DNA of 64,000 nt from Chlorokybus atmophyticus. Lineage: Eukaryota; Plantae; Mesostigma and Chlorokybus algae. Each line of letters opens with the position of its first letter. Position 1 is the stretch's first letter. The stretch is taken from positions 124,001-188,000 of the forward strand of contig RHPI01003533.1 of the NCBI GenBank assembly GCA_009103225.1, read 5' to 3'. Position numbers and translations under genes: made by a program. Below are positions 38,580 to 56,300 of the stretch, one piece after another. The notes below the pieces were generated by a model that worked only from the letters and a program-made list of their open reading frames with translations, did no database searches and was not told where the DNA came from.

Positions 38580-40137
38580 TTTGTAGCATGCAGCATCGCA
38601 ATGGCACTCATAACAGCCCTGAGCACACCACCAGCCCTACACGTCGTAGCACAGCAACACTCACCACAACACCAGGGCAAGGGGGGGCAACAATTATGAT
38701 AACCTGCCAAGCACTACCTTATTAGCCCTGCCAGTGTCACTGGCGTTGGTCTAGGGTATGTTGTATATGATTAGTTTTACTCTAGGCGCCCCCTCGAGTT
38801 GCTTGCTGTTGTGTAATGCTTTTATGCTGCTTGGTTTGCAGATTGTGACTTCCACACACACTTGGCAACCAAACGGTTTATGCCCTGTGTACATATGCCC
38901 TGTGTACAACGCTTTTGCAATGCAATGCGAGACAAGGGAAAAATTCGCATCAAGCATTTTATAAGCAATGTAATTGTGATAACAATGACCGTAACAACAA
39001 GCAGCATAACATACATCAATAGCATATGGGCTCACATACGGTCGCTGAATCATATGCATGCTAGTTGGTTTGTTGTGGCAGTGTGTGTTGCTATTATAAT
39101 TGCTGTTGCAGCTGCAGTGTAATGCCACATGTCTTGTTCTGCCTTGCCCATTGGCCCCATTTGTTGTATCATATGCATATGCAACAGCATTGATGTAACG
39201 TAAACTAGATAGCATAGCATATCATTGTATGTCATCAAGCAAGCAAGAGGTGGAAGGATTTGCTCGTCAACCCCAAGAATTTATGCACAGCTACAGTTGG
39301 TTGTTTATGACAGTAACAATGGCGTGCTGCTGGGGCCTAACAGCCACTCAAGCAGCAGTAGAGCAGCACGTGCGCTCCACCTTAAGCAACGCCACAGTTC
39401 AGAACTGTGGAAGTGAGCAAGGTTTAACTGTGGCCTCTGAAGTCGTACTTTCACAAGTAAAGGATGCGCGCGTGAGATGTGGCGTGTGACCCAATGAGGC
39501 AGCAGCAACAAGAAGGCATAGTTAGCATGCCAGCATGCATGCCCATAAATGGAATTGCACGTCCTGACGCTAATGTCACCAACCGCAACATATGTACAAA
39601 GTATACTCCCCCATTCAAAATTGCAACTGTTACATAAAGATGCTATACATCAAACTTAATGTACACATTTCGATATTATATCGTTTAATGTCTACGCACC
39701 CAATGCTGCAGATATGCTATGACAGCACACTTGCATGGCTCAAACTTGATATTAAGCACAAGGCATGGACTTGTTGTACATAGCTTGGGTTGATTGCGAC
39801 AAGCCAAGTTGCAAATACCCCACCTCTAATCTATGAGCAAGCCATGCATTTAAAATGTTGTATTTGCATTGCTGGCTGCTTATACGGCGACCGTTAGGCG
39901 GTAGGAACTCCAATGATCAAGCAGTTGCAGTTATATGAAAGAATGGATTCCATGACGCCTACAACAACTACCAGGTGACCTTGCACACTCCATACATGAG
40001 AGCATTCTCAGGCCAAAACGGACTCCACATCAGAATAGCACAGACACAACTTGTTACTCACACAACGCAGGCAGTGCACTAACCATACACACGTAAAGCT
40101 CGCCAAAACTTGCCACATGCTAGAAACTGCAAGCTCC

Positions 40138-43112
40138 CTAAGCTGCAGTGGGGAACAACTCCGCAATTCTTGAGAAGGCATTCATGACCTCTTCATCGTT
40201 CTGGTACTTCGTGATGTTCATGGGATTGGTCGAGCACTGCAAGTCAGACGCAGTCAAGTCATGTACAGTCATGTACAGCACAAGTGCAGTTAGCAAAGAA
40301 TTGGCATCCCTGAGGGGCATGTGCACACCCTTTCACATGCAATGATGTGCGGAGATGGCTTACATCCATGATGGCAGCCTGGATGCGGGGGTTCTGGAAT
40401 GCCTGGAAAACATCTGGGCTTTCCATGATCTTCTTCATGACGTCCTCAGGGCTCATACCCATGGAAGCAAACTGCTGAGCAAGCTCTGGCGAGTTGGGGT
40501 CAAAACTGCTCATCATCTCAGCGACTCGAGGGTCCCACTCAGAACCGTTGGGGCCCATGCCATTTAGCATGCCCTCAAGCTGTTGTCTGTACATGGGGTT
40601 GGACATCATCCACTTGAAAGTGTCTGGGTTTTGCATTTCCTGCGAGATACAGATTTCACACAATTATCGCACCCAGAAACTTCAATATGCAACTTCTGGC
40701 AGCACTGCACCGGAACTAGCAATGTAATCAGTGCTCACTTTAGGCAAGTATGGGTACATCATCTTCTGCACCATGGGGTCTTCCAGCATCTTCTCCAACT
40801 GTTCCATTGTGAACGGAGCTTTGCCAGTTGTGCTTCCACTGGTGCTTCCGGTTGTGTTGTACTGCCATTGCCCATTGGTTGGGCCTGTTCCATCCTCCAC
40901 TACCTCTGCATCCTGCAAGGCATAAACCGAAAAGTGTAACAGATGCATGTGCTGCTTAATCACCAAGCGTATTGTTCAAGGTGCATTGCCACAGAAAGCC
41001 AGTGCAGGCCCTTGAAGAGACGCGCACGTTCCACTCGCAGACACAACAGCTGTCAATGCCGTGAGCCTCCAGTACTCGAAGATGGCAGGAGCAATACCTT
41101 GAAGAAGGATCCCTTTTTTCTTGTTCGTTCTGACTCAGACTCGGAAGTTTGTGACGTCTGTGGTTGCGACTCAGCTGGCTTGGAATCCTTGAACTCTGCA
41201 GCGCTGCACAACAGAAAACCCTTAAGCTCAACAATGAACTACACGATAAATGCGCATTGCTGACAAGGAAGTGTGCGTAATGCAGATGTTGGCATGTTAC
41301 ACATTCTGCTCCAAGGCCTCAAGCTCGCGACTCACGCTTTGGGACCCTCTTGCCCGCCAGTTTTAGCCGCTGAAGGAGAGGAAGCTGTGGTTGTGGAGGT
41401 TGAGGTGCCGGCAGTGCTGCCTGATGCCGCTCGGGTACTGCTTCACATTCAATGGTCAAGAGCATACGACAAACAGGGGTGGCATCGTCTTATTATTCTT
41501 TCAACCTGTCCAGAACAATGCCTCAGCATCTACTCAACAGCAGTGCACGTACCCTGAAGAGCTGGGTTGCGCTTGGGGGAAGGGAGGCATGCCGGGCATG
41601 CCGGGCATACCAGGCATGCCCGGCATCCCGGGCATACCAGGCATCCCGGCACCTGGCATGCCCTGACCTTGCATCATTTGCTTCATCATGTGAGCCATGG
41701 CTGCGCGCTGCAAATGGTACCACATAAGCACAAAGAACTCTGCCTTTGCGTAACTCACTCATGGAAAAAGAATCCTTCACATGCTCACCGCAAGCTCATC
41801 TTTCTTCTTCCCCAAAAACACCGCTACCTGTGTCCAAGTCATGCAAGACAGCTCAGTATTGAACACTGAACGAAACAGGCATGCAATGCAAAGAGTGCCA
41901 TGTCCACAAGCATCCTTACCCGCCAAATGACAAAGGAAACTGCCATACCGACACCCACCCAAACAACTGGAGGGTAGCTGCGACAAGACAAAGCTGTCAT
42001 GCAATCCACAATGCCAACGCCAGAAGTCACTTGCAACATACATGCTCCCATCGACACACCTGGAGTCGGATGACGATGATGGTGGCGGCGGTGGCGTGCC
42101 TGCAGCCACGCTTGTGGTCATAACCTGTGCAATTTCACCTGCGTCCGTCCAGTGAGAGTCCATCTCAATACTTGCATGCCTCACGGCCGATAATATATGT
42201 TGTCGTACATCAAGACTAAAAAGACAACACGACATGTTGAGTTCTGTACAATGCACAAGGAGCACAGAGCTGAATATGCTATCCCAGATCTCCACTTATC
42301 TATGCACCGGAGAATTAGGCAACTGCTGCACACGAGCTTGTGCAGATCCTCAGTACGCCGGTGCATGCACTCCAAGCAAGCAACGATGGCCAATTTTACG
42401 AACAAGAATGAGCAATGCAAACACTCCCTGAAGAGCACTTGCTAGATAGGAGAGGGTGCTCTGGTGGGTAAGCAAAGCATGTGATACGCTCTGTTTCCCA
42501 GGGCGTGCACACGGCCTGGCATTGTATTGTCTGAGGGGCATGCGGCAGCAGACGCTTCAGTCAACCCTACGCTACTATCGGTACAATGATATGACACGCA
42601 TGCATAGCGTACGCTTCGCCTACCCTTACAAACTGGACTTGACAAGATGAAAGCCTGCAAGTGGTTGTCTGAGGTGCATGTGGCAGCAGACGCTTCAGTC
42701 AACCCTACGCTCTACTATGGGTACAGTGATTAGATACGCATGCATAGCGTACGCTTCGCCAACCCTAACAAACTAGACTTGATGAGATAATGGCCTGCTC
42801 GTGGTTGTGCATGCACAGGTGTTGAGACTTCAAACGAGGCAACCATGTACGGAAGTGCGTCGTTTCTTGCAAACAGCACACACCAGGGTTATCGCCTGCC
42901 GATGCTCCGGCCCTAGCCTCCACGCGTAACCTCCGCCCGCAAGAAGCCAACCGCCCCATTCGAAGCCTCGCCGGCAGTGGCATGAGCGGTAAAACTCGTC
43001 GCCAACCATGCAGCCTGCGCTCCCCATCCCGATGAGCCGCAGCAGCAGCAGGCACGCGACACCTCCAGCTCGCCGCTAGCGGCGTTCCCACGGACGCACT
43101 AGCCGAAGCCAT
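40138..43112 (-). CDS. TIC40: Chloroplast inner-envelope translocon co-chaperone Tic40
   Basis: Transit peptide, a transmembrane segment (YPPVVWVGVGMAVSFVIW) and a (GMP)n tract. The C-terminus MLEDPMVQKMMYPYLP..EMQNPDTFKWMMSNPMYRQQL...FQNPRIQAAIMD|CSTNPMNITKYQNDEEVMNAFSRIAELFP closely matches the plant Tic40 STI1/Hop-like region. Confidence 0.95.
42529..42807. repeat. 138-bp tandem duplication (two diverged copies) in TIC40 intron 1
   Basis: GTCTGAGG.GCATG.GGCAGCAGACGCTTCAGTCAACCCTACGCT... at 42529 and 42667. Confidence 0.9.
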
Positions 43113-43474
43113 GCCGACCGCAACGCGGCACCACACCTTCGCCCCCACCACCCCCGCCGCCGCCGCCGCCGCCTACACCGCCAGCCACACCCACCACATC
43201 ACCGCCGCCCCGCCAAAACCCCCAAACCCTAACGCGCACAAACTGCACCACTTCTTGTGCGCCACGCACTAGAGTCGCTTTGCACACACAACAACATGCA
43301 CACAACAATGTGTCACAACCGACACACACACACACGGAGGATCACTGATCCTGGATCATGGTCAAATCTCCCTTGATTGGCATATCTGCGGATCTGTGGG
43401 GCTATTCTGGGTGAAATGGAGGTGGGCGGCATGGGCATGGTGCATGGTGTTTGGCGGCGGCCGCATGTGTGTGC
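43113..43474. promoter_or_regulatory. Short bidirectional promoter between TIC40 and the TenA gene
   Basis: Head-to-head ATGs about 360 bp apart; telo-box-like AAACCCTAA at 43224-43232; clustered GATC words at 43338-43395. Confidence 0.55.
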
Positions 43475-45555
43475 ATGGCGGTGGCGGAGGCGCTCTGGCG
43501 TTCAGACACTGTGCAGAGGCTCGCCAACGCTTGCCTAAAACATCCCTTTGTGCAGGTGCCTAGCCATCTGGTCTGAGTGTCATTTGTCCGCAGGACTGGA
43601 TGTATGCATGCTAGTAAACGATGTATACCCTATGCTAGTGTGTAGTAGATCAGAGATGTTGGGTTAGGGATTGTACACAAACTCCACAGCTGCACAATGC
43701 TGGTTGATTCGCATGGCAGTGGCTTATTTGGACAGCCATACATAGTTCTTAGCGAGTGCACGCGTACGTGCGTGTGTCGCTGGTGCATGCAAGCAGCTGC
43801 ATTCTCATGAACAGCAAGCAGCAGTTACAGTGCATGGCATAGCATATGCACATTAAGCCAAAGTTACAAGTTTCACAATACCAACCGAAATGCACTCAGT
43901 GTTGACCAAGATATTGTGTGATTCTATGCTTCAAGCAGTGTTTAGTTCGACTGGTTATTAGTGTTGTTGTATAGTATGCATTGAGCCTATTCCCCTGCCA
44001 CTCAACCTCATGCAACATGCTTGCCCGCACAAACTTTTACACACCATTAACCCAACATCATCAATGGCGACAACAACAATGGCGACGACAATGCAAAGGG
44101 CATAGCGGACGGCAGCCTGGACAAGCGCCTCTTCCAGTCATTCATTGCGCAGGACGCTTACTTCCTTCGCGCCTTTGCTGATGCGTAAGTACACACACGC
44201 AGGTAATCCCTGCTCGCAACAACAACCACAAGCCACATGTGCAGGTATGGGGAGGCAAGAGCGAGGTGCACGGACAGCCGGCACCGTGCAGCATTGGGCC
44301 AATTGAAGCAGGCCGCCCTGGATGAGCTCGCCATGCATGACGACTATGCCCAGGCATGCATGCACGCACATGTACAGAGACACACGCATGCACACATGCA
44401 CGGGGACTCGCGTACGCACCCATGCATAGATGCACCCAGATGCCCACCTGCACGCATGCGTGCACCCCCGTATATCTTGCGCACACAGGCACACACACCC
44501 ACACACACACACATGCACATACATGTACTTGCGGGCATGCACTCACAAGCGTGCATCACTTCACCCCCTCTATGCACCTACAAACTGTACCATGTCAGAT
44601 AAGCAGATGCACATATCACGCGTTTGCGGTGCACATGTGCCTTAGAAGCACACAGATCAGGTCAGTTCAAGTGCCTTGGTGCGCACCCGTACACATGTAT
44701 TCTAACCTGCATATGCGCGTGCATATATACCCAGCTTGTTGCATCCATGTATGCAACTGTACAGACGTTGCTGGTTAATCTTTGTTGCAAGACACCTGCC
44801 AGCTCATTCACACTCATACATGCATACGCGCACGTGCATGTTGTGTTGCATCAGGAGTGGGGAGTGGATCTGTCGCTCTTCTCCACGCCCGCGCCAAGCA
44901 CCCTCGCCTACACACGGTTCCTGTACGAGGCGGCAAGCGGCGCGAGCGTGCACAGGTTCATTGCAAAGGCCGATCAGCATCCCAACAACAGTCACAATAA
45001 CACCATCGATGCAGTCATCAACAAGAACAACCCTCTGGGTGACGGCGTCGCTCAGGCTCTGGCCGCTCTGACTCCCTGCATGCGGCTGTATGTATTCCTT
45101 GGCAAAGCCATCGGGTGAGTTGGTTAACTTGGCGTGCGGGTGCGGGTGCGGTGGTTTTGCTTAATGACACATATGTCCACATGCGCGCACGCACACATGT
45201 GTGCACACATGCAGAAAAGTACATACCCGTATTCATGCATATGGTGCTGCAGTGAACAGCAGCCGCCGACTGTTCAGCACGCATACTCAAAGTGGATCGA
45301 GACGTACAGCGCCCCAGAGTTTGAGGTACTGCGGGGCTACGTCCTGTGTCATATGTTGTTTGCGACAATACGTGCCGTCGAGACACACTCCCGTGCATGT
45401 TTACACAGGCTCAAGCGGTACTGTTGGAGAGGTTGCTGGATGATGTGGCGAGCGCGGAGGGCGTGTTGTCGGCGGCTTTGCAGCCTGTATACGAGCGCGC
45501 GATGAGGCTCGAGCACAACTTTTTCGAAGCCAACTGGCTCAACGCCCATACATGA
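43475..45555 (+). CDS. TenA/thiaminase II-family protein (TenA_C type, like the N-terminal domain of plant TH2), stand-alone
   Basis: MAVAEALWRSDTVQRLANACLKHPFVQ|GIADGSLDKRLFQSFIAQDAYFLRAFADA|Y...ELAMHDDYAQ|EWGVDL...LTPCMRLYVFLG...YSKWIETYSAPEFE|...RAMRLEHNFF. Conserved Cys in PCMRLY; TGA at 45553-45555. Confidence 0.88.
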
Positions 45556-47370
45556 GACACCTACAGCTGAATGGTTGTACAGGTCCTTGTCTAACGATAG
45601 TACAATAGTGTGGTATGCGCATGAACCCAATGTGCTCTGAAGAACGCGCGCGTCTCGTGTATTTCCACGCGCGCGGGTAGTAGATCATGGCAGCTAGCAT
45701 GCTGGTAGTAATGAGAGACCGCATCCCTCCTTGACATGGGAGTTGTTTGTTGTGCCATAGCGTGGTTTGAGTCACATGCATAGCAACAAGTAGAGCCAAG
45801 GTGTGTAAGTGTGTGAGCGCGGATGTGTGTGTGTGTGCACGTGAACCTGCAATTACACAAGTACGAGGTCTATTATGCAAGTGCTTATCACGGTCAATGC
45901 ATGGTATGGAATTATTACATTCATTCCATGTTTCTAAGACGGCGCATATACATGTCGAGGTTTGGCATTGAACCATGTAAGTGGTTGCTTGCTAGCATGT
46001 GTAATGTAATATACCTGCTTGTACTCTCAGCGCCAAATCCTACAATGCGGAAGCAACCAAACGACGCAAATACAAAGACCACCCACTTAGAGACATCTCC
46101 TATCCACCAGCAATGGAGGTGCATGGCACGCTAGGTGAGGACTTCTAGCGCGTATTGTATGCATACGTGTGCCACATCGTCAGAGTGCGAGGAGCAGAGC
46201 AGCGACGCCTAGAAGGTTTCATTCGCATCACCGCCAGCACGTAGCTTGCGCCTTGCAACGGGCATAAGCCATATGCAGTCTGTCCACAGTCCATGCCTAT
46301 GCATGGCGATTATGAAACGTAGAGCGGCAGCGGTGGCAGCTGTACCGCGCTGGGGTCGTGTAGCCCAAGGCCCTCCCACCACGGAGGCGGACGTGGCGCT
46401 CGTATAGGGTGCTTAGCGCACACAGTGTGCGCGTGAGGTGTGTGCAATACGACATAGTGGCAAAACTGACAGGCAATGCTCGCATATCAATAAACAGGTT
46501 GCAATATTTACCTTTGACATATGTGCTTGCCTGCACTACATAGTGCTCTTGCCCGTTAGCATCTAGCCGTCAGCCACTCGTCGTCATAATTCTTTGTGCA
46601 ACTAATGTAGCTAAAGCGCTGCTCTGTTGGTTGAGACGTTGACTGCGTGTGTAGACAGAACAGCATTGACTGCACTGGCGTTCAGAACGTGTACGCCAGC
46701 ACAAGTGCCGTGTGACACGTCACTCCCGCACGCAGTGCCAGCACTGAGCATACATTCAACGCACGTACCAACACAACAGTCAAAACTACCAACCCACCCA
46801 TTCAACAAAAACCAAGCAACAACACATCAGCAATGCACAGCATTCAACCACGCAACAACCCACATATGCATGCCAACAAGATGATGTGAGTCACAAAAAG
46901 TTGCACATTGCACTAGATGCTTCCGCAGGTACCTGTTGTGCGTGTTGCACTAATGCACTCTTCGATTGTACAAGGACATAGGGAGTGTCGCACACTGTAT
47001 CGCGCACGGTGCACATCGCACCGTGATGACGCACACATGGCCACATCGACCCAACCACTCACCAAGTAACACAACAAGAAAGCGGTGTACGTACAAAGGG
47101 TGCTGTGACATGAGGAGGGGGAGACCATGCAGTCCTTCATTGCATGCAGTGCCCGCCGCCGCCGCCGCTACCAGCAGCCAAGCTGACACTCAGCGGAGCG
47201 TACAGCGAGTGACAGCTTGGGCGCAGCTTAGCTTACAACCAACCATGCTTGCGAGCGCACTTTCAGCGGAAGGTACAACCTATGCAGTGTACGTACACTG
47301 TATACAGCGCAAGCTCAAGGTCAAACACAGGCACAAGCACAAGCACATGCACGAGAACAAGCGCAAGCAT

Positions 47371-47638
47371 AGTGTTAAGCTTGAGCTCAAACTTCTGTTC
47401 AAGCTGCAGCTCAAGCTCAAGCGTCTGCCGCAGCTCAAGCAGCTACTTACCTTGGCAAGCTTGAGCTCGTCGTCGATGAGCTTGCGCTCGAGGTTAAATC
47501 CTCTAAGCTCAAGCTCAAGCTGATGTATTGTAGCTAGGTCATGTTACCAATCTGAAATTTGGGGCACAAGCTTCCAGTTGTCCTTGTCTGAGCTTTCACA
47601 CCATTCGGTTTTGCTCGGGTCAAGCTTGCATGGTGACC
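47371..47638 (-). repeat. AAGCT/GAGCT-rich dispersed repeat, copy 1
   Basis: Reverse complement GGTCACCATGCAAGCTTGACCCGAGCAAAACCGAATGGTGTGAAAGCTCAGAC... aligns to 58644 GGTCACAAGGCAAGCTTGACTTGAGCAAGACCGAGTGATGTCAAAGCACAGAC...; both end in ..T.ACACT. Confidence 0.75.
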
Positions 47639-48291
47639 ACACGTATACAAGCATCAGCTGAAGCATCAGCTGACAGTGCTTGTGCTGCTGAGAGCAGGTG
47701 AGATCCTGAGGTTAACAGAATTGCCGTTGCTATGCGGTGTGACACACCATCGGCAATGCCAGTCTCAGCAACACCGCTCGTGCCGTACACTGCATTACAG
47801 GATTGCCAATCATAGAGTAAGCTGCAGCACAGGCAACAGCAGGTAAGAAATGTCGCGGGAGAATCAGTTCGTGAGAACACCATCTGATGCGTGTGTTGGT
47901 GCTCGGTGACAATGGTATGTGCAGAACTTAACAATAATAATAAGCACGAAATAGCGTGCCATGCATGGCTCAACGTGTTGATCATCAAGCATACACTTAT
48001 AGTCCAAGCCTGAGGTAAGTGCACTTCACGACCAATGACCAGTTTCCAAATTAATGTGAAGCTACACAAGTCCCGGCACTACCGAAAAGCTTGCTAACAA
48101 TACTCCTTGTACCAGCATATGCATACTGCTTGACAACTCGTAGCTCACAACAGGAGCTACACCCCGGTTCTGTCAAAGTTCTCAACCGCAGGAGGGGAGA
48201 CCTATATCTACAACTCAATCAAAGCAAAATAGCAAGGATCGTGTGTCATCAAAATCTACATCTATTGGTAATCTTGATGCTAATTTGGTGC

Positions 48292-53101
<4,810 letters not shown>

Positions 53102-55099
53102 GACTGCGCCCTCTATTCTTCAACTGCCAAGTGAGCGCAGAGTCATCCCAGTCCACAGTTACCTGACTGCTGTAGTAAACGCTATAACACGAGCATACAA
53201 GCACAGCAGTCTGCAAGTGGGTTGCATGCAACAGGGATGCTGATACCATGCATTGAGAGGTTACTGCGCAGTGAGAGCAGGCTTGGCCTGGAGTCAGCAG
53301 CGCAAAGTTTGCGCAGGAAGATTCCGTACAGCTTTTTGGGCCAAATCGTATATCATCACTACCATTCACGCAAGCATGCAAGTAAAGCAACCAAATGCTG
53401 GACATGCACAGAGACAGAGCAACACCCACAGACACACCAGTGGTGAAGGCCACCGCCGTTACTTCAGCCGGCCAACTGCTCTCTGTCACTGAGCTTCTAC
53501 TGCTACTGCCACCTGTGCTCTGAGTAGTAGCATTATTCCTCTTATTAGACTGTGTCGAGCAAGCCTCACCAGCCACCAGCCGCAATATGGCCAAAAGGGG
53601 CATCTCAAGCACAGTGCACGGAGCGAGGGTGAGAGAGAGCATCATTATTGCAGAAACAGCAGCAGCTAGTGAATGCCAAACACCACTACGGCGGAAGCGG
53701 ACAAGTTACGCGAGCAGTCATGATAGCTTGTATTGAATGGTGATGCACTCGTCGCTTATGACCGGTTCGAGTGCTATTTTGTCTTCCCTACCCGCGGCCG
53801 TCGCCCCAGGGAAGATCCCTCTAAAGGACAGGCGGCGGGATCTTCCGTGACGGTTTGCCGGAAGTGATGCTGTGTGACGGATCGTGAGTCACGAACAGCA
53901 TCACATTCATCGTGACTTGTTCGGAACCAGTTTCACGATGCGAGGTTGCAATTCATAATCGGCTGATACATTCTCCTGGAAGATGCTCTAGTGTAGGTCG
54001 GTGCTCCATGATGAGTACTGCTCTGCGAGCCTATCATAGCAGTACCATACAGCACACTGACTACACTGCTGTGGCGTACTGCAATGTATGTGTTACATTA
54101 TACCATGTATACCATATTATATACCAGTGTTTTTGTTCAAGGGTACGTGTGTCGCATGCGCACAATGTGTGGCAGAAGAGCACGTGTTATCATCACCTCA
54201 CCCATGATAATCGTAGCATGCAACGTGCAATCTAGTGCGCTGCATAACTATATAAAAAGAAATCAAATGTAAATTCAAGGCCTTACACAACATGTACATT
54301 CATGTTGTAAGCATGTTATATGTGTGATTATTGCTTAAATCAAGTTTCATGTTTCACCAAACATATATATTAATGTGCATGCGTTCATCTTAAAAACCTG
54401 AGATTGTGACGGCTGCAGTAAACAGTTGCCCGTATAACAATCAATTTACTGTGGCGTTATTTGCTCAAGTGCGGACTTTGGGGGTGGGCTGTGAGCCGCT
54501 AGAAGCTTGCATACATATGGTGATATTGTTGACTGTATGCTATGTTTGAGGGTTTGGGCCAACCCATGTTGCAGCAACTTGTTGCCTTTGGACATACTTA
54601 ACTCTGATTATTGAATATAAGCATGCACTGTGTGATTGCTATTGCCGTATCATGTTGTATGATGTTGTTATTTAACTCAGTGCAATACTTCAAAGTTACT
54701 AAGCCAAGATAACAACATAACATAATGCAAATAGTTGACGCGAGCATAACAGCAGTGCGGAGCTTATGCTAGCATATTATGCCACTTCGATATTGTTATC
54801 TTGTGGTATGTTGTAATATTGAGTAATGCCATGATCAAGCGTGTGGTGTCGAACAACCCCGTTCAAGGGTTGTCATTTTTTGTATAACGTCCCTTTCGGA
54901 CCACTGGCATTATCCCCCTCCATTTTGGTGTTTTTGATAATGGGAATTATCGAAAACGTTCAAAAAGTGTAAGTTTTTCACTCGGTCGATTGTGCTTTGA
55001 GTTGATTATGCTTATAGATATCACATACCATTGTAAAATGTTACATATGATACATAAGTAATACCTCTGCGCAAGGTGATAGCTGGAGTTGGAGCCGGA

Positions 55100-56300
55100 G
55101 CTTCCACTTTTGCTTGAGGTTGCATTTGGGTTGAAAAGTGTCCTTGAGCTTGCAAGTGTGAACTCACCTCAGCTGGGCCTCCTTAGTGCTCGCTCGTGAG
55201 TAGGTTTCACTACGAAAATAGAGCCCAAACTCGGCGGTATGTTTGGCTCAGTCAGCTTTGGTGCGTAGCGTCCGCGGCGAGGGTGGCTGGGGAGGTGGCT
55301 GGGGGTAGGGTCGCAGGAGGAAGGAGTGTTCAGCACCGCCGCATGCTGCTGTGCTGAGAGTGCGGCCATGGCGGTGTCGGCGTTGCTCCTGCTCTGTCGT
55401 GCGCTGTCTGTGCGGCGGCGGCGACAGCTGAAGCAGCAGTTGCGCTAGGCCGTGCGGTCACCGTCAGGCCTGCGTGGAGGTCAGCGCCCAGACCACAGCG
55501 CAGCCCTGGGTGGCGTCCAAGTTCCTGGGCTCACTTCCGCCGCTGAGATTGCTGCAGCCGGCGCAGTGGTCGTTGCCCTGGGGGTTCGTGCGTGGTTTTA
55601 CTTGCGCATGTAGGTAAGCAGTCGCCAATGTCATGTACATGCACTGCATGTTATAGGCTATGCCATAGCGACGGTTCAACCCCGTCGCGGTGCAGTATAA
55701 GTACCTCCAGTGCAAAAATCACAAGCTTGGGTGGTATCCAAACCTGTCAACTGCATCGAAGCAGCTTTGTTGCAGTGCAATGCGCCACAACTGTTTTTGC
55801 TGTTGTTGTAGTGTCAGCTCAGCTGCCTCCAGCCACGACAGCCTGGTACAACCAATATCTGTCGAACAAGTCTATACAAATGGAAAATAACTTGTGCGTC
55901 AGCATGGCAAGGTGCGTGACAAAAACAATTTCAAGCTGTCGTGCATGCATAATCAACACCACCCCGTATGTGGACAAGTCGCACAAAGCAGGCCAGCGGA
56001 ACCATTGGTCGACTGTGTTGGTTGCAACGACTGGGTTTACCATTACGGCATTAAGTTTCAAAAATTGTCTCGTCTCTGCTTGTAGTATGTCTCAACGAAC
56101 AGAACGTCACACCTGCAATGCTGGGGTGGCACGTGCTAAAAGAGATCACGGCGGTAGAGCTCGGCATAAAGGGCGGCACGAATCTGTATTACCCGAAGAG
56201 CACGCGGATGGTCATCGGTGTCATCCCGTTTGCCAAAGATGGACTTTAGCAGCAAGCAGGTGAATACATCCGTCATGCTTGTTCATGTGTAGCTTGTGGT
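55100..56300. mobile_element. Probable degenerate transposon remnant with a PHD-finger-like fragment
   Basis: CGQVAQSRPAEPLVDCVGCNDWVYH at about 55965-56045 resembles the Cys/His finger at the C-terminus of some DDE transposases; surrounding frames are broken by stops. Confidence 0.3.

Noticed and set aside
44138-44778. Cys/His/Val-rich ORFs (MCVCVH/HTHAH type), here and in many introns
   Set aside because: Translations of TG/CA-rich intron sequence with no domain signal; they overlap well-supported introns.
46150-47330. Exon-like GC-richer patches between TenA and the nuclease
   Set aside because: All frames are interrupted by stops and I recognised no homology; I cannot support a gene or a HAD-domain continuation.
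53745-53775. GGTTCGAG resembling a tRNA/SINE B-box
   Set aside because: It does not fit the GTTCRANNC consensus fully, and no A-box or cloverleaf could be built.
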